Below, piece by piece: positions 50,801-64,000 of a DNA stretch of 64,000 bases. Source of the DNA: Phoronis australis. Its lineage: Eukaryota > Animalia > Phoronida. Both the position numbers and the translations under genes were made by a program. The DNA is taken from NCBI GenBank assembly GCA_002633005.1, contig NMRA01000198.1:70045-134044 (forward strand), read 5' to 3'. The notes under the pieces were generated by a model. It was not told where the DNA came from and searched no databases. It was given only the letters and a program-made list of their open reading frames with translations. The stretch's first letter is position 1, and every line of letters starts with the position of its first letter.

Positions 50801-50923
50801 ATTAGGTTGTTTTTTGGGTGGCATGCTCCTTTAACGCGACACCTCTCGTATAAGTGGCCATGTGGATATAGATCGATTAAGACGGTAAAAAAGCTAATTA
50901 AATCGGGTGGCATTCTCCTTTAA
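47872..50923. mobile_element. Kolobok-like non-autonomous DNA transposon (TTAA-flanked, AGG termini), including an artefactual ~1.26-kb duplication
   Basis: TTAA-AGGAGAATGCCACCCGA(A)TTAATTAG..CGATCTATATCCACATGGCC at the left is inverted at 50856-50923 ending CCT-TTAA. A further TTAAAGGAGCATGCCACCC end lies inside at ~50815-50834. Confidence 0.7.
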
Positions 50924-51193
50924 AATCTATTTGATAAGAACTTGACCACTTTCCTCTACAAACCGAAATTTTAGTTACCATGATGGGATTTTTGTTTTTG
51001 TTGTCAAGTACATGTACAAGTAATACTAATCAGATAATTACATTATTGGCCATTCCTACCACAATTTGGCTGCTCCAATTAAATGGAAGTTTTATTTTTT
51101 TATAAAACTCCAATTTATTTTGTCTCTGCATAATTTGTTTTTGCATTTAACATTCTTTTCTTTTGGTTACTATTTTGTTATTTTTACTTTCAG

Positions 51194-51277
51194 CTGTGGG
51201 AAGCTCACAGCACAAACTTGGACACAATCAGAGCCAAGTATTGGAAGTATATTGCAGGGAACCTGCCGTCCAAGTAG
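51194..51277 (+). pseudogene. Isolated terminal exon resembling farnesyltransferase/GGTase-I alpha subunit (FNTA) C-terminus
   Basis: Strong polypyrimidine acceptor tttttactttcag| then LWEAHSTNLDTIRAKYWKYIAGNLPSK*. This matches the recalled FNTA end [27 protein letters not shown]. No other FNTA exons were recognised upstream. Confidence 0.55.
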
Positions 51278-54200
51278 GATTCTTGAAGCGTGATTGAAAA
51301 GATTAGTTTAACATTAGACCAAGTCTCTCTTGGGTTTAACTAGTCATTGTGAAGTCAGTGCTGCCGGAAAGTGTGATATTCAACTTTCCATTTCCTCACA
51401 TAATTGCTGAGAGATGCCTTTCTGACGTCATTGTGGCCAAAGATATTAAAACCGTGATATGCATGACTGTGATTGTGACCAATCAAGAAAAATGCCTTTT
51501 GCCTAATCAGTATTGCGTTTTTTGATTTCTCATTGCATGGAAGGTCCATTATTACTGTACTTTATTTGTTGTGGGTACATGTTTTATGATCACAGGTGCG
51601 GGGGTGGGGGGAACAATTAATTTAATTGATGCTTAATGATTCATTTTTTCAGTTTGGAGCAAATTTCTGAATTTTTGGTGAAATCATTTTCCTTGCTGTC
51701 ATGATAAATTTGCATGTTTACCTAAGAAATAAGACCTGACGCAGGAAACTTGTGGAAAAGCTGTGAGTAATAGAACTCAGGTATCCAGTACCAGGCGTGG
51801 AGAATTAGGCATACTGAAGTTGGGCTTCATGGTGCTCTTTTTGGAAGTCAGATTTATATTGGGATGGAACAATTTGTAGTGGAATATCCTATTGCTAAAA
51901 CAATCCGTAGATTAGAACATCTAACCACAAACCATTTCGACGTCGGCAAATAACTCCTCCATCGCCACCACCTCGGCTAACCCCCCTCCCTGTTTTGTGT
52001 TTTTTGGATGAATTGGAATCTCAACTGCCCTCGTGAATACTTGGCAGTGTCGGATTTACATTCAGGGGTTAGTGCGCTATTCTATATTATGGTTATGGCC
52101 ATGGATTTTGAATGTCTAATTGTAGTACGCTATTCTATATTTATCGTCATGATCATGGATATAGAGTGTCTACCTAAGTACCGCTATTCTATATTATGGT
52201 CATGGCCACAGATTTAGATTGTCTATATTTATTTAATTTTGCTACGACAATTAGTATAACCAAAAATAGCGGGAATTAGAGCCTGTACTTCGTCTAACAA
52301 GTGGGTCAGACGAACTCTTTATAGAATATTTCTTTCTATTTGGATTTGATGTCTTACACCTTGAAGCTTGTAATGCACCAAGGCCAGTCAATGAATGTAT
52401 ATTGTGTTTATTGAAATACCTTTAGGCAATCATTAGTTTTAGCAGAATTATTGAAGTTTGACTTGTGGCAATATATGTTCATATTGACGTCATTCAGCAT
52501 TTAATTCCAAAATTCAATGCGCCATCGCCCGGATATTCGTCAAGTTTGATATATGTAACCCCCTCTTGTTGCAACAACTAATTACACATGGTTTCTAGAA
52601 CGTTCTAATGTTTCAGTTTACGTTTAGAAAATATAAGAGACGAAACGTGAAGTAATTACAGAAATTCATTAGGAGTAATAGAATGGCTGCAGGACGGTAT
52701 TGACCTGGAACCCTCCGGTACAACACTTCGGGGCGGCAGGTGGCACCAGTGGATTATTAATTAAAATGCGTTTGCCTATCTTACTTGAATGAATCTATGT
52801 AATATTTCTGATGCTAAAATGTTTAGTGCCGATCATCACAAATTGTTGTGTCGCCTCTCCCTCCCAGAAGTCCATGCCCTGACTGTTGCATACTTCTGTA
52901 TGCATTATACTTTGCTCCTTGCTAGTTCAAAGGCTTAGTTTTGCCCCTTATATTTACCGTCAATCTTAATGACCTTGTTCGTAACAAAATAGACCCTGTG
53001 TACTGCTAGTCTTCTTCACTGTCTTAATCGTATTTTCTAAACTAAGAGTAAGCAATGCTTGTGTAAAAATCTCGCACCTCCATTTTGGTTGATATGAATT
53101 CTGATGAGACTGATCATCGTTCACATATATTAGTCTGCTCATCGTTTACAGCCTTATTCTTAGTATCGTTTTTGGTCAGTGACGAGAATTCATATAAATT
53201 ACTAGGGCTGATGTAAAAACTTAGATCTTATATTACACCATTCGTTAATAATAATTCTTCTCAACATCTTATAACATGTCATATCATTCTTAGAAATAGT
53301 TAAAATTAATCTGTTTTAAAGAATCATTTGTAATAAATTCTATCAACCGTAATTGATGGAGTACACCTGACGTGCACGCGCAGACATAGTGCCTGTGTAC
53401 ACCTGTCGTGCACGCGCAGATATACATGTATGTAGGGACATTTACCTCGAACTGCTCCACCGAGAGAGGCACCGTCTGAATTGGGACACCTTAAGATGAA
53501 AGGCTAAACATCATTAAGCTTGGAAAAAAGTGACAGTTCATTCCACCGTCGTGTGGTCCCAAAACGATGCAGGGAGTGACCTCCTTTAACATGAAAGCAC
53601 GTTTTCACAAAAAACAGGAAAATAGAGGTAATCGATACCAACATTGGGCCCTCTCTCCGTGAGCGGCCCTGTAAGTATTTGTTAATAAAAACACAAAAAG
53701 GTGGCCACTTGTATGTCATCAATGGCCTCCTTCAAGGGCGGGGCTCCTAAAAATGAAAATATCTATACTATCAAATATCAGGAAATGCGCAGCAATTGAT
53801 GTTATCTGTCAGGTCATCAATTATTCTCAAGTGATATACAGTTTCGACAAAAAATATAGCAAAAATTGTCTCCGTTATCCGCCTTGCCAGAGAGGGGCCT
53901 CTGGAAAAATATACATGTAGTTTTGCATTCGCAAAATTGACTTATTGAATTTAAACATCCAGTAAATTAGTACACTCCTCTTCGCTTTACAAATTTTCTC
54001 GATGTTTCGAAATATATGTGTGCGTTAAGACGACCTGTGCTGCAAAAGCGAAGACTCTAACGACAGTGTCCTGGCCAGGGTCCTCAAAAAGTAAACCATG
54101 CACTGATGCAGATTTCTTAAATGTCCTATTGAATTTTTTCTCTTATCCGTTTTTCGCAGTCTTTCTTTTCTCGATTGTCCCTGGCATCATGCCTATGTCG

Positions 54201-54731
54201 GTTGCCACGGTTTAACCCAGACACCTGAAAATTTTTTTGGGGGGCCCGTGCTCGCCCGGCGGCCCCGCTTCCTACGGCCCTGGAATTGTATATGTATTAA
54301 GCTGTGTGACAAAACGTACAGTTGTGCCTTCAACCAATTTTTATTGAGTTAAAGTATATTTATTGGCTAAATATGCAGTCTTGACAATAAAGTCCAATAA
54401 ACCTTCACATATTATTTAAACTATGTCAGTTCGAAACAGCATGTGCGTACACAGCCTAAAATATACTTTTTTGCTCACTTCGCCAAATGGGGGGCTCGAC
54501 AGTTCGAGCCTCCCCTGGGTGCGTGCGCATGAACTGTAATTTGAAACAAAATGTAAACGTTTTTTAAGTAAAAAGTTTTTTCTTCTAATCCAACTTAATT
54601 TTTAAACTTGTTTGTTAAGAAAATAAACACTGATCAGGTTCACCCGGCCAGGATTAACATTTGACCGCACCCATAGCTGGAGTGAACCTTTTGCGAAAAG
54701 CCGAGTAGGCTTATTGGTGGTTTATTTTGTT

Positions 54732-57700
54732 TTAGCCGCAAGGTGGTGCATCTCGGAATGTGTGTGTAAAGTTGACAACACAAAACGCAGTGACAGAGAG
54801 AGTGAGGGAAGTGACGATGCCGGAGACCCCTGCCAGCATGAGTTCTGTTTTTCCGACCTCTTTGAGCAGCATGGCGATGCCAACTTTGCTGTAACCCCAC
54901 ACGGCAGACATTATGATCCAGCATAGGACCTGCAAGTACGCAAAGATCATCACAAAGTGTTGCTACACAAGAGACGAGAAGAATGAATCTGAAACAACTC
55001 TATATTTTGAAACCATTATTGGCTGGAGCACAGGTTAGGGTGTTTTAACGTGGTATAAACCATGACCTCGTGGAGTAATAACCAATTATTTCAAGTTCGC
55101 TCAAAAGAAGAACAGAAAAAGTCGGAGATGATTTTGGAGATTATACCCCGGCCGCTGATGTCGTGACAAGCAACCTAAGTGACTTGCGTCTCTGAGATAA
55201 TACCGGTATATTTAACTTGACCAAGTTAATTGTGATATCCGGGACACCAGTCTGGTGTGATTATGCCTCCTAATTATAATTCGACCAATATTTGAATAGG
55301 CAATGTGTATCATAAATTGATGCACCCGTTTCTGTACAATGCCAGTTGGTGAATGTCTCTAAATTTCCATTTGTGGATAACGGTTTCCGGGAATTCAGCG
55401 ACTTTTCGCTAGTTGTCCATCGGATTTCACCATCGTAAACGCGCTGTCAGTCAACATAGTTTTCGTGTTAAGACCGTGGTGATCAACAGGGTTCCAGTGA
55501 TTCAGCTGTTACATGGTTTTATATTTTTTATAATATTGATAAAAACCATGTCACAGATGTTTAAACACATCATTCTCTTACAAGTGTTCCAAGAAAAATT
55601 GTTCCATTTTCAAGATAATTCCTGGAGAAACTATGCAGATTTCGTTAAAAACCTCTCTGAAAATCAAATGCCGTTAATTTGCCCTATTAGAATGCAAGTT
55701 CTGGTCCGGCGTACCGTTATCACAATACCAGCGGTTGTTCCCACCAGAGGGGGCGACGGACTCATTGTACTCTGAGCGATGATATACACAGCCACGACTG
55801 CTCCTAAACCGGAAAGACTAGTCAACAACTTGATCGACTTCGTTGGAAAGAAATAGGAGAACAGGCTTGCCAGAGGTAACATAAACACCGTCAACCGATT
55901 CCCTAAGCTATACGCTAAGGCACCTGAAATGATAGATTAAAGAAGTTGATGCAAATTTCAGTTAGGGAAGGCAGTTTTGAGCTAACATCAGATTATAATT
56001 TGCTTAGCAATAGTTCGAATTGTACTAAATGTCTTGTGAAAAAATTGGAACGTAATCTAAATCAACAAATTTGTAGTTACTTCTGACCGCACGCCAGAAG
56101 CGGGTTTTTGGCCACTTCAACCAATCACGTCACGTGATTCGAGAACACGTTTGTTTCTGTATCCTGTCAAATATGGTATTAGTTTTTCCATCAGTGTTGC
56201 AAACAGTAATCAGATTACGGGCACCCAGTGCGACACTCCGCTATTTTGAGAACACGAAAGCAATTTACAAAACTTAAGAGCGCTTGCCATACCCTATAGG
56301 CCCACACTTGCTTGTTACAGGGCAAATATAGATAAAAAGGTAGGTAGGTATGCTTAGATAGATACAACCAAATACGTTCAAAATTTTCACAACTATATCT
56401 TCAGAGTGTCATCAACAAGTATACAAAGTATCCCAGAGAAATATAAAAATATGGAATTACTGTCGAGTTCAAAACATCGAGGGGAAAATGAAATATCACT
56501 GTGACTTAAATTCTTCGTGCTCATGCTGTGCTGGCATCTGTCGGTTAAAAAAATTGCCTGCCTGGGCCTCAAGTGTGCTGGTTTTTATTGTCAGATCTGT
56601 ATCAAAATCAGTTCTGTCCAATATTACGATTCGTAAGGATGCCTTTGGGTGTAAATGATAAATTTACAATTGAAACCTGTTTCAAAGAAAAAGGGTGGAG
56701 TGGAAGAAGAATCGTAAGGGAGAAAATGGACCTCAATGTTTCCACTACGTCGCCTCGGAAAATGCTCCCTTACAGTCTTCACAACGCATCCCTCAAATCC
56801 TATACATCAAGTCCCATACCTGGGGCCACTCTTACAAATACTTTTTCATGAAACACTCACATAATAGACACAGTCACCTCTAAGGGAAATAGAACTCTTG
56901 TCTTCATTAGACGCAACCTCAAATATGTTCCCCGTGAAACAAAAGCCCTGACCTACACTTCACTAGTTAGGCCCACACGTAAATATTCCTCCTCTGCCTG
57001 GGATCCCTCCACTTGCTTCAATATTGACAACATAGAAAGAATACAGCGCGGAGCAGCCAGGTTCGTCTTAAATGACCACTCCAGATACTCGAGTCCTGTT
57101 TCGTCTGTGCTTACCACTCTCAAATGGCCTGCTTTTCAAGAAAGACGTGCTCAAAATAAACTGTCCCTCATGTACAAGACCGTACACAACCTGGTTGCCA
57201 TTCTCCACACATACTGTACCGCATACTACGCAAATTCTATCTTCCCGTCTTCTATTTTACTCTGGAATAGACTCCCACAAGATGCCTGGGGCCACTCTTA
57301 CAAATACTTTTTCATGAAACTCTCACATAATAGACACAGTCACCTCTAAGGGAAATAGAACTCTTGTCTTCATTAGACGCAACCTCAAATATGCTCCTCA
57401 AAAACAAAAGCTCTTGCCTACACTTCACTAGTTCAGCCCAAACTTCAATATTCATCCTGCGACTGGGATCCCACTACTCGCTCCAACATTGACAAGAAAG
57501 AAATAGTTCAACGTAGAGCAGCCATGTTCGTCCTAAACGACCACTCCAGATATTCTCTTGTTTCATCTATGCTTAACACTCTAAATTGGTCCACTGTTCA
57601 AGGCGTGCTCAAAATAAACTGTCCCTTATGTACAAGACCGTACACATCATGCAACCAGGTTGCCATTCCCCAGACGTACCTCCCACCCCTACATATTTCT

Positions 57701-60700
57701 CGGTCACGTAATTCCCACACTCAAACCTTTGAGAGAACATACATTCGCACTGCATACTACGCAAATTCTTTCTTCCCGTCTACCATTGTACTCTGGAATA
57801 GACTCCCACAAGATGCGTGGGGCCACTCTTACAAATACCTTTTCATGAAACACTCACAGGATAGACAAAGTCACCTCTAAGGGAAATAGAACTCTAGACT
57901 TGTCTTCATGAGACGCAACCTCAAATATGCTCCTCAAAAACAAAAGCTCTTGCCTACACTTAGCTAGTTCAGCCGAAACTTCAATACTCATCCGGCGACT
58001 GGGATCCCACTACTCGCTCCAACATTGACAAGAAACAAATAGTTCAACGTAGAGCAGCCATGTTCGTCCTAAACGGCCACTCCAGATACTCCTCTGTTTC
58101 ATCAATGCTTACTCCGACACTCTAAATTGGTCCACTGTTCAAGACGTGTTCAGAATAAACTGTCCCTCATGTACAAGACCGTACACATCATGCAACCAGG
58201 TTGCCATTCCCCAGACGTACCTCCTACCCCTACATATTTCTAGGTCACGTAATTCCCACTCTCACACCTTCGAGAGAACATACATTCGCACTGCATACCG
58301 GTACTACGCAAACTCTTCTCGTCTACTATTTTACTCTGGAATGCCCTCCCACAAGATGCCATCTCATCAGGAACAATGAGACATTCACAGGTCACGTCTC
58401 GAACATCAACCTTACTCAGTAAACAATAAAACTTGTTTTAACCTGGCACTAACCCGCACTTTTGTTTCATTGTTATTTTCACAGTTACGCACAGTTCAGT
58501 TATTACTAATCATGCGCCAACGTGTTAGGGTCGGTATTTCGATCGTTTGTTGTTTCTATGGAAAAAGAAGAGTTCCCAGGAAAAGAATGGAGTCGTGCCC
58601 CTGTAAATGGACTTATTGCTAAAATAAGCAACGCAGGGTGTGTTATGCGTAAACGTGGCACACCCAAGACTGCATGTTCGACAGAAAACGAGGATCGGTT
58701 GAGGATCTTAGGACAACCCGGGGAATAACAAATCTCTGAGAGAAGTCGCAAGCGATTTACAAGTAAGCAAGTCTTCCGTGCAAAGAATGGCGGAAAGGCT
58801 GGAGTTAAAATCCTCCAAAAGAATGTGGGTATCGTGGAGCGAACAAAATGATAGAAGGAACAGAAAAACTCGATGACGCTACCTGCATGACCGCTATTCA
58901 GATGAAAAAATACTTTACGCTAGAAATCGCAAAAAATCGCCAAAAATCCTGTTTATGGGAAATAAAAACGAGAAATTCAGCCTTCTGGACTCTATCATAT
59001 GACTTCCAGATTTTCCAAAAAGTGGTTTCCGCTGGAGTATCTTGGGAAGGAAAACCAGATATTCATTATATTGACACTGACAGAGCCAAAGTTAACAGTC
59101 AACGCAACATGCAGTTATTTAATGATAATTTCCCGGATTGCAGGCAACTTCATCCTGAATTACGTGTTTCAGCAGGACGGGACTCCTTCACGCACGAACA
59201 AGAAAACTCAGGCTCATCTGCCGGGAGTGGGCCACACAAAAATTCATCAAAAAAGGAGTGACCTAAGCTCAGTCCTGACTGCAATCCAATGAACTACATG
59301 TAGGCCATATGGGACTCTTGAAGGAGAAAGTTTACCAAGAATAAGAGGCAAATTGGCTGAGCGAGAGTTAAAAGACAGGATAATTATGTCATGGGAGGAA
59401 ATCTCGATGGAAGAAGTAATTAAAAGAAAGTATTTCTGTTTGGATGAAACGAGTTTATTCCTGGAGTAAGATGCATGAGAGCCACATTGACCATAGACTG
59501 AAATAACCTTCCTTTTGATATTTTGTTTTTCACCTGATGTTTTTGATTTGACGATACTCGGACAATTGGGCACAGATCTCTTTGATATCCTAACGTACAT
59601 CTGTAAGAAATTTGAAGGGACATATCTGTTGTTGAGAAATTACTTGTGAAAAAGTGGCTCACTTTTTGGGACACCTGACATAAACTATTTTGTATGTCTC
59701 CAGCCTTTTGCTGCAGAGATAACAAAAAATTAGCAATAAAATATCTTCTTGGAACAAACGTTTTCGTACTTGCATTGCCAAAAATACATGTATGCCGCCT
59801 GATTTATGACTACGATTTCGTTTCATTTCAGAACAGTTTACATCTGTTCAGGACAACAATCTGCCCTTAAAGATTCTGGTAATATATTATGCAAAAATTA
59901 TGAGTCGTTACTGAACATAACTGAGATAAGGGGGCAACCGTTTCGCCAGCGTTTGCTGGCTTTTCAAGCCTGTACGACCACTGGTGGATTCGGTCGAAGT
60001 TGAGAAAATAGGTGGAGACAAAAACTCGTGCTCTCTAAGGACAAACAACCTAAGGAAAAGATAGCTGGTGAAGTGTTTGGTGAGCAGAGTACCCAGAAAC
60101 TTATCTAGATGAAACTAAGCTGATGAGTACACATACTAAACGAGTCATAACATACATTAATTTATTCTGGTAATAAACTTTGTCAGAGTTTTCCAGCAGT
60201 AAATTTCACAACGATGGAGTAAATGGTACTAATCTTCGATCTCATTGTTAAGACACATTTCACAACACCTCCTGCATTCTTTCCAAACAACTGATTGCCT
60301 TCTCTTCTGTGTCATTAATCCACGTGATTACTCACGGAACTGAGACAGTGCTGCTCAGTCTGAAGAATTTGATTTTGACTAATTCTAAATAACTTCAAAA
60401 ATTAGTCCATTATTTATTTCTTTGTATACGGACATCTTTGAACACTTGATGCCACATATCATTATGGGCTAATTAAGTTAAACAGTTCTTTGTCTGAACT
60501 TTTATTACACAATTCACCTGATTTGTGACTACATAGGCGGATTTAGGGGGGGTCCAGGCCCCCCCCTTTGACTGCCGCCAAAAATAAAACAGCAAAAGCG
60601 TAGGGAAACGTTGATTTTATTAATTAACCCCGATAATTACAATTATGCGGCTGAAACAAAATTTAAATGTGTGCAGTATTAGTGTTTGGGGGGGGGGGGG

Positions 60701-63700
60701 TAGGCAGCTTCAATTTCAAGTGTCAAATTCGGAACACGGCGCAATACGGAACCGTGGTTATTTAAGTACATGTATAGGCTCTCCCGCGATATCTCAGGCG
60801 ACCGGCAGTGGCGCTGGGCTCCACTACTACGTTTCCATCGTCTGCTCTACTGTGCAATGAAGGAATTTACTTCATTTTTTAAAGAAAATGGAATCTTTAT
60901 GATGATGAAAAAACAGAAGATGCTGGTAAGATGTCAATTTTAATCGAAGCCTTAGTGAATCACTCAGAAACTCATAATTCTCTCTCTGTCAAACCTTAAC
61001 TCATGACGATTTCCAAAGCAATCGCGTCATTATTGCCAACACAAAGAACGGATTTGGTCTTTTAGGCAATTGAAGACTATTTTAAATACAACAAAATTGG
61101 TATGAACTGATTGCACAAAATATAAAACATGTAATAAGCATTACAAAAAGAAGGTGTCGCGCGCAAACGCTGTGTACCATAAACAAGTAGGTCTCTTGAT
61201 ATCGAATGCGGAGTTAACTCGTGGTGGTGCAGTGGTAAAGCACGCGCGTTCTATTCGCCAGGTCTGTGGCGCTTGCAGGTTTTCCTGTTTGACACTTTCT
61301 CCGTTTATTTGTGCTTTTCTTTCTTGGATTATACTTCGGGAATCAAGGAAAATGCTTTATTTTTAGAGGAAATAAGAGAAAAATTTCCTGGGGAAACCTC
61401 CCTCCCGACCTCCCCCCATTCGGTACTATGCGCATCTACCATCGTGCTTTGAGCAAATGTTTACAGACAAAATTTTGGGCCCCCCTTGTGATATCCTAGA
61501 TCCGCCACTGGAGTAATAGGTTAGTCTTCTCAAAAATCTAGTTTTTCTAAAAGCATTTCCACTTTCAATCCTCAACAGTCTATTCCTCTCTCTTTCTGAT
61601 TGTTCATATTGTTTTTCATGCATTTTTATATACGCTTATTTGGATCAGCATTAAATAATTAGAGCCAGTCTTAAACAATTCTCTCATTAAAAAAAATCTT
61701 TTATTGGGTCTGCCAGATTTTTCTTGTACTGCAGTAGCCGGTGTACAATATATAAAAACAAATTCTCATATTATATTTGCGACTTTCGCGACATCTGTTT
61801 ATTTGTAATAAGTTGTACTCCTCAGCCGTGTATAATGATAACAGTTTAATATTCCTATTTATTTTTGTGTGTTCACTGTCTAAAGCCCGGATATAATGCT
61901 GCAGTTTCAAGGCTGAAGTGAGTATGCATTTCAACACTGACTGAATGACCAGCATGCCACATTTCATCTTGAGCACACTGATTTTAATACCCTCATGTAA
62001 TTTTTTATCAGATGCTGTGTTTAAAAAATTCGTAGTTCGTTTAAATCAAACAAAGACTTACCATAAGGCAGCAACGAATAAGACTGAATGGAATAGAGGA
62101 AACCGTATCGAATACCTTGCACCAGTCCATATTGAATGTAAAGAGAAAACCGTTCCCACTTTGGCATGTTCTTATTCTGAATTTCTTTTCGTATAGAGTT
62201 GCTCTTTTCTAACTCACGATATTCGTTCACTTTTTCCATACTTGAATCATCATGAATAGTCTTCAGCCCTGTCGGGCCTTCGTCTTTTATAAAACCTTGG
62301 TTACGCAATCCTGGAGCATTTTCTACCTCAAAGTGTTCGAGTTGTATGCGTTTCATCGCCGGATGAAAGTTTAGTAACGCAAAGGCTACAATGCTTGTTG
62401 CAAGCATAACTGATAAAAATCCTATGAATATCTCCACAGAGAACAAGGGCTGTTTTAGAACTTGCTGAATCCGCCACATTGATGCGTTAAATGGTGTAAC
62501 TGCAGTGCTTGTGTTCATCTGTTGGCTCATTGATTCGTTTGCCCTCCGCTGCGTCATATTAACGCAATCGTAGTCCCCAGCACCCTGTATTAATGCCACT
62601 ATCGAGGGTAAGAAACCACTCAACCCATCACCGACGTAATAAGCCGTCAAATATTCAGTGGGAAATCGTGCCATATAACCGAGAAACACTAAGCTGGAAG
62701 TGCTGTCGGTTAGCGCTAGAATACACGCCAGACACAGGAAACTTACACTATGCTCGCTGTCTCCTGTACAAATTGTTACGTTCCAGAAAAATATTAGCAA
62801 TATAGTTGCCATTAACCCTGTCAGCATCACGGAAAACGCCGCCNCTTGAATCATCATGAATAGTCTTCAGCTCTGTCGGGCCTTCGTCTTTTATAAAATC
62901 TTGGTTACGCAATCCTGGAGCATTTTCTACCTCAAAGTGTTCGAGTTGTATGCGTTTCATCGCCGGATGAAAGTTTAGTAATGCAAAGGCTACAATGCTT
63001 GTTGCAAGCATAACTGATAAAAATCCTATGAAAATCTCCACAGAGAACAAGGGCTGTTTTAGAACTTGCTGAATCCGCCACATTGATGCGTTGAATGGTG
63101 TAACTGCAGGGCTTGTGTTCATCTGTTGGCTCATTGATTCGTTTGCCCTCCGCTGCGTCATATTAACGCAATTGTAGTCCCCAGCACCCTGTATTAATGC
63201 CACTATCGAGGGTAAGAAACCACTCAACCCATCACCGACGTAATAAGCCGTCAAATATTCAGTGGGAAATCGTGCCATATAACCGAGAAATACTAAGCTG
63301 GAAGTGCTGTCGGTTAGCGCTAGAATACACGCCAGACACAGGAAACTTACACTATGCTCGCTGTCTCCTGTACAAATTGTTACGTTCCATAAAAATATTA
63401 GCAATACAGTTGCCATTAACCCTGTCAGCATCACGGAAAACGCCGCCTGGACTTCGTAGCGGTGTTGAAACGATGAAGCAGAGGTGACGACAAAATATAT
63501 CAGAGGTAAAACTGCCGCTACGTTCGCAGCAATAACGAAGTAGCTGGGAAGGGACCACCCTTCGGGCAGGCGGTGAACCAGAACGGGCAATTCAGCAAAA
63601 ATACCATCGCTCTGTATCCAGGCGGCGATGTTAAACATGGCCACCAAAACGTAGGCTGCAACAGAGACGTGTCCTTCTCCATTTGTACGGCACATAGTGC

Positions 63701-63842
63701 TCGAGGGTTGGCTGCTCTTTGCTTCAGAGTCGTACATCGTCTTGCTAGCGAACTCTGAAATGAGGCCTTCCGTCTCAGAGGCATTTTCTTCTCTAGTTTG
63801 TGGTTGCATGATATCACCGCTGCTTACTTTTAACTTGAACAT
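54732..63842 (-). CDS. SLC52-family riboflavin transporter; exons 62062-63842 (contains an artefactual 603-bp duplication), 55715-55923, 54732-54929
   Basis: Motifs WIQSDGIFAELPVLVHRLPEGWSLPSY, DSTSSLVFL.YMARFP..YL.AYY.G.GLSG.LPS..AL.QG.G...C, FSVEIF, IQSYSLLPYG|gtaag and MSPSPPLVGT are typical of SLC52A. Splice sites are GT-AG and phases are consistent (~527 aa) once one duplicate copy is removed. Confidence 0.9.
56600..59677 (+). mobile_element. Decayed Tc1/mariner transposase element split by a LINE insertion
   Basis: N-terminus ..DKFTIETCFKEKGWSGRRIVRE (56640-56720) resumes as EFPGKEWSRAPVNGLIAKI..RKRG (from ~58569). Later YVFQQDGTPSRT and SPDCNP motifs occur with frameshifts. Mariner-like end ACTTTTTGGGACACCTG at ~59661-59677. 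Confidence 0.75.
56817..58440 (+). mobile_element. CR1-like LINE reverse-transcriptase C-terminal fragment in three tandem, degenerate copies
   Basis: KGNRTL.FIRRNLK...K.L.YTSLV.P...YS...WDP...IQR.AARFVLND.S..SS.L..L.W...RR..NKLSLMYK...NSFFPSTI.LWNRLP. Units start TGGGGCCACTCTTACAAATAC at ~56821, ~57287 and ~57818. Confidence 0.85.
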
Positions 63843-64000
63843 GGACACACGAGCGCGAGTAACTTTTACTCCAGTAATAACTTTAGACTAAACCATCGAG
63901 TATCTTTCTCCTTATCCCTGCGTTTAACAAAATAACTCGATGAACCTGAAAAAAACGACAAAGCTATTCATCTTCAATCATCCGTGATCTCCACGAAGAA

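Noticed and set aside
60120-60147. Hammerhead-like CTGATGA-GTA-caca-TAC-TAAAC-GAGTC
   Set aside because: The essential GAAA is TAAA, stems I and III are unsupported, and there is no Penelope context.
62241-63447. True internal exon duplication or frameshifted SLC52 pseudogene
   Set aside because: The breakpoint is exactly a single n, as at three other sites. Removing one copy restores a normal in-phase gene.

Overview
Eukaryotic (invertebrate metazoan) scaffold. It is AT-rich, intron-rich and repeat-rich, with two N-gaps and four single-n contig joins. Most entries in the ORF track are spurious; the real genes are spliced. Main content: (1) a tandem array of at least six same-strand secreted C-type lectin genes at ~776-19491. 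Five are complete two-exon genes and one is a terminal exon. Each complete gene encodes signal peptide + coiled coil + cysteine 'neck' + C-type lectin domain. (2) 13 coding exons (~413 codons) of the RNA polymerase I second-largest subunit POLR1B/RPA2 on the minus strand (38263 to 20128). The chain ends in a splice donor pointing into the lectin array, so the array appears nested antisense in a >=20 kb POLR1B intron. (3) An SLC52-family riboflavin transporter on the minus strand (63842 to 54732, 3 coding exons). (4) An orphan FNTA-like terminal exon. (5) Many transposon remnants: Helentron/DINE-like elements with CTCF-like motif arrays, a palindromic Penelope element with a hammerhead-ribozyme variant, Kolobok-like, Tc1/mariner, CR1-like LINE, a tRNA-SINE, MITEs and minisatellites. 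The most interesting system is the nested lectin array. It has alternating neck subtypes, a strong excess of amino-acid-changing differences between paralogs, a specificity-determining exon 2 behind an identical phase-1 intron, and a NAGNAG acceptor that would toggle the E/Q residue of the sugar-binding motif. All identifications were made by eye from recalled protein motifs; no database searches were run.
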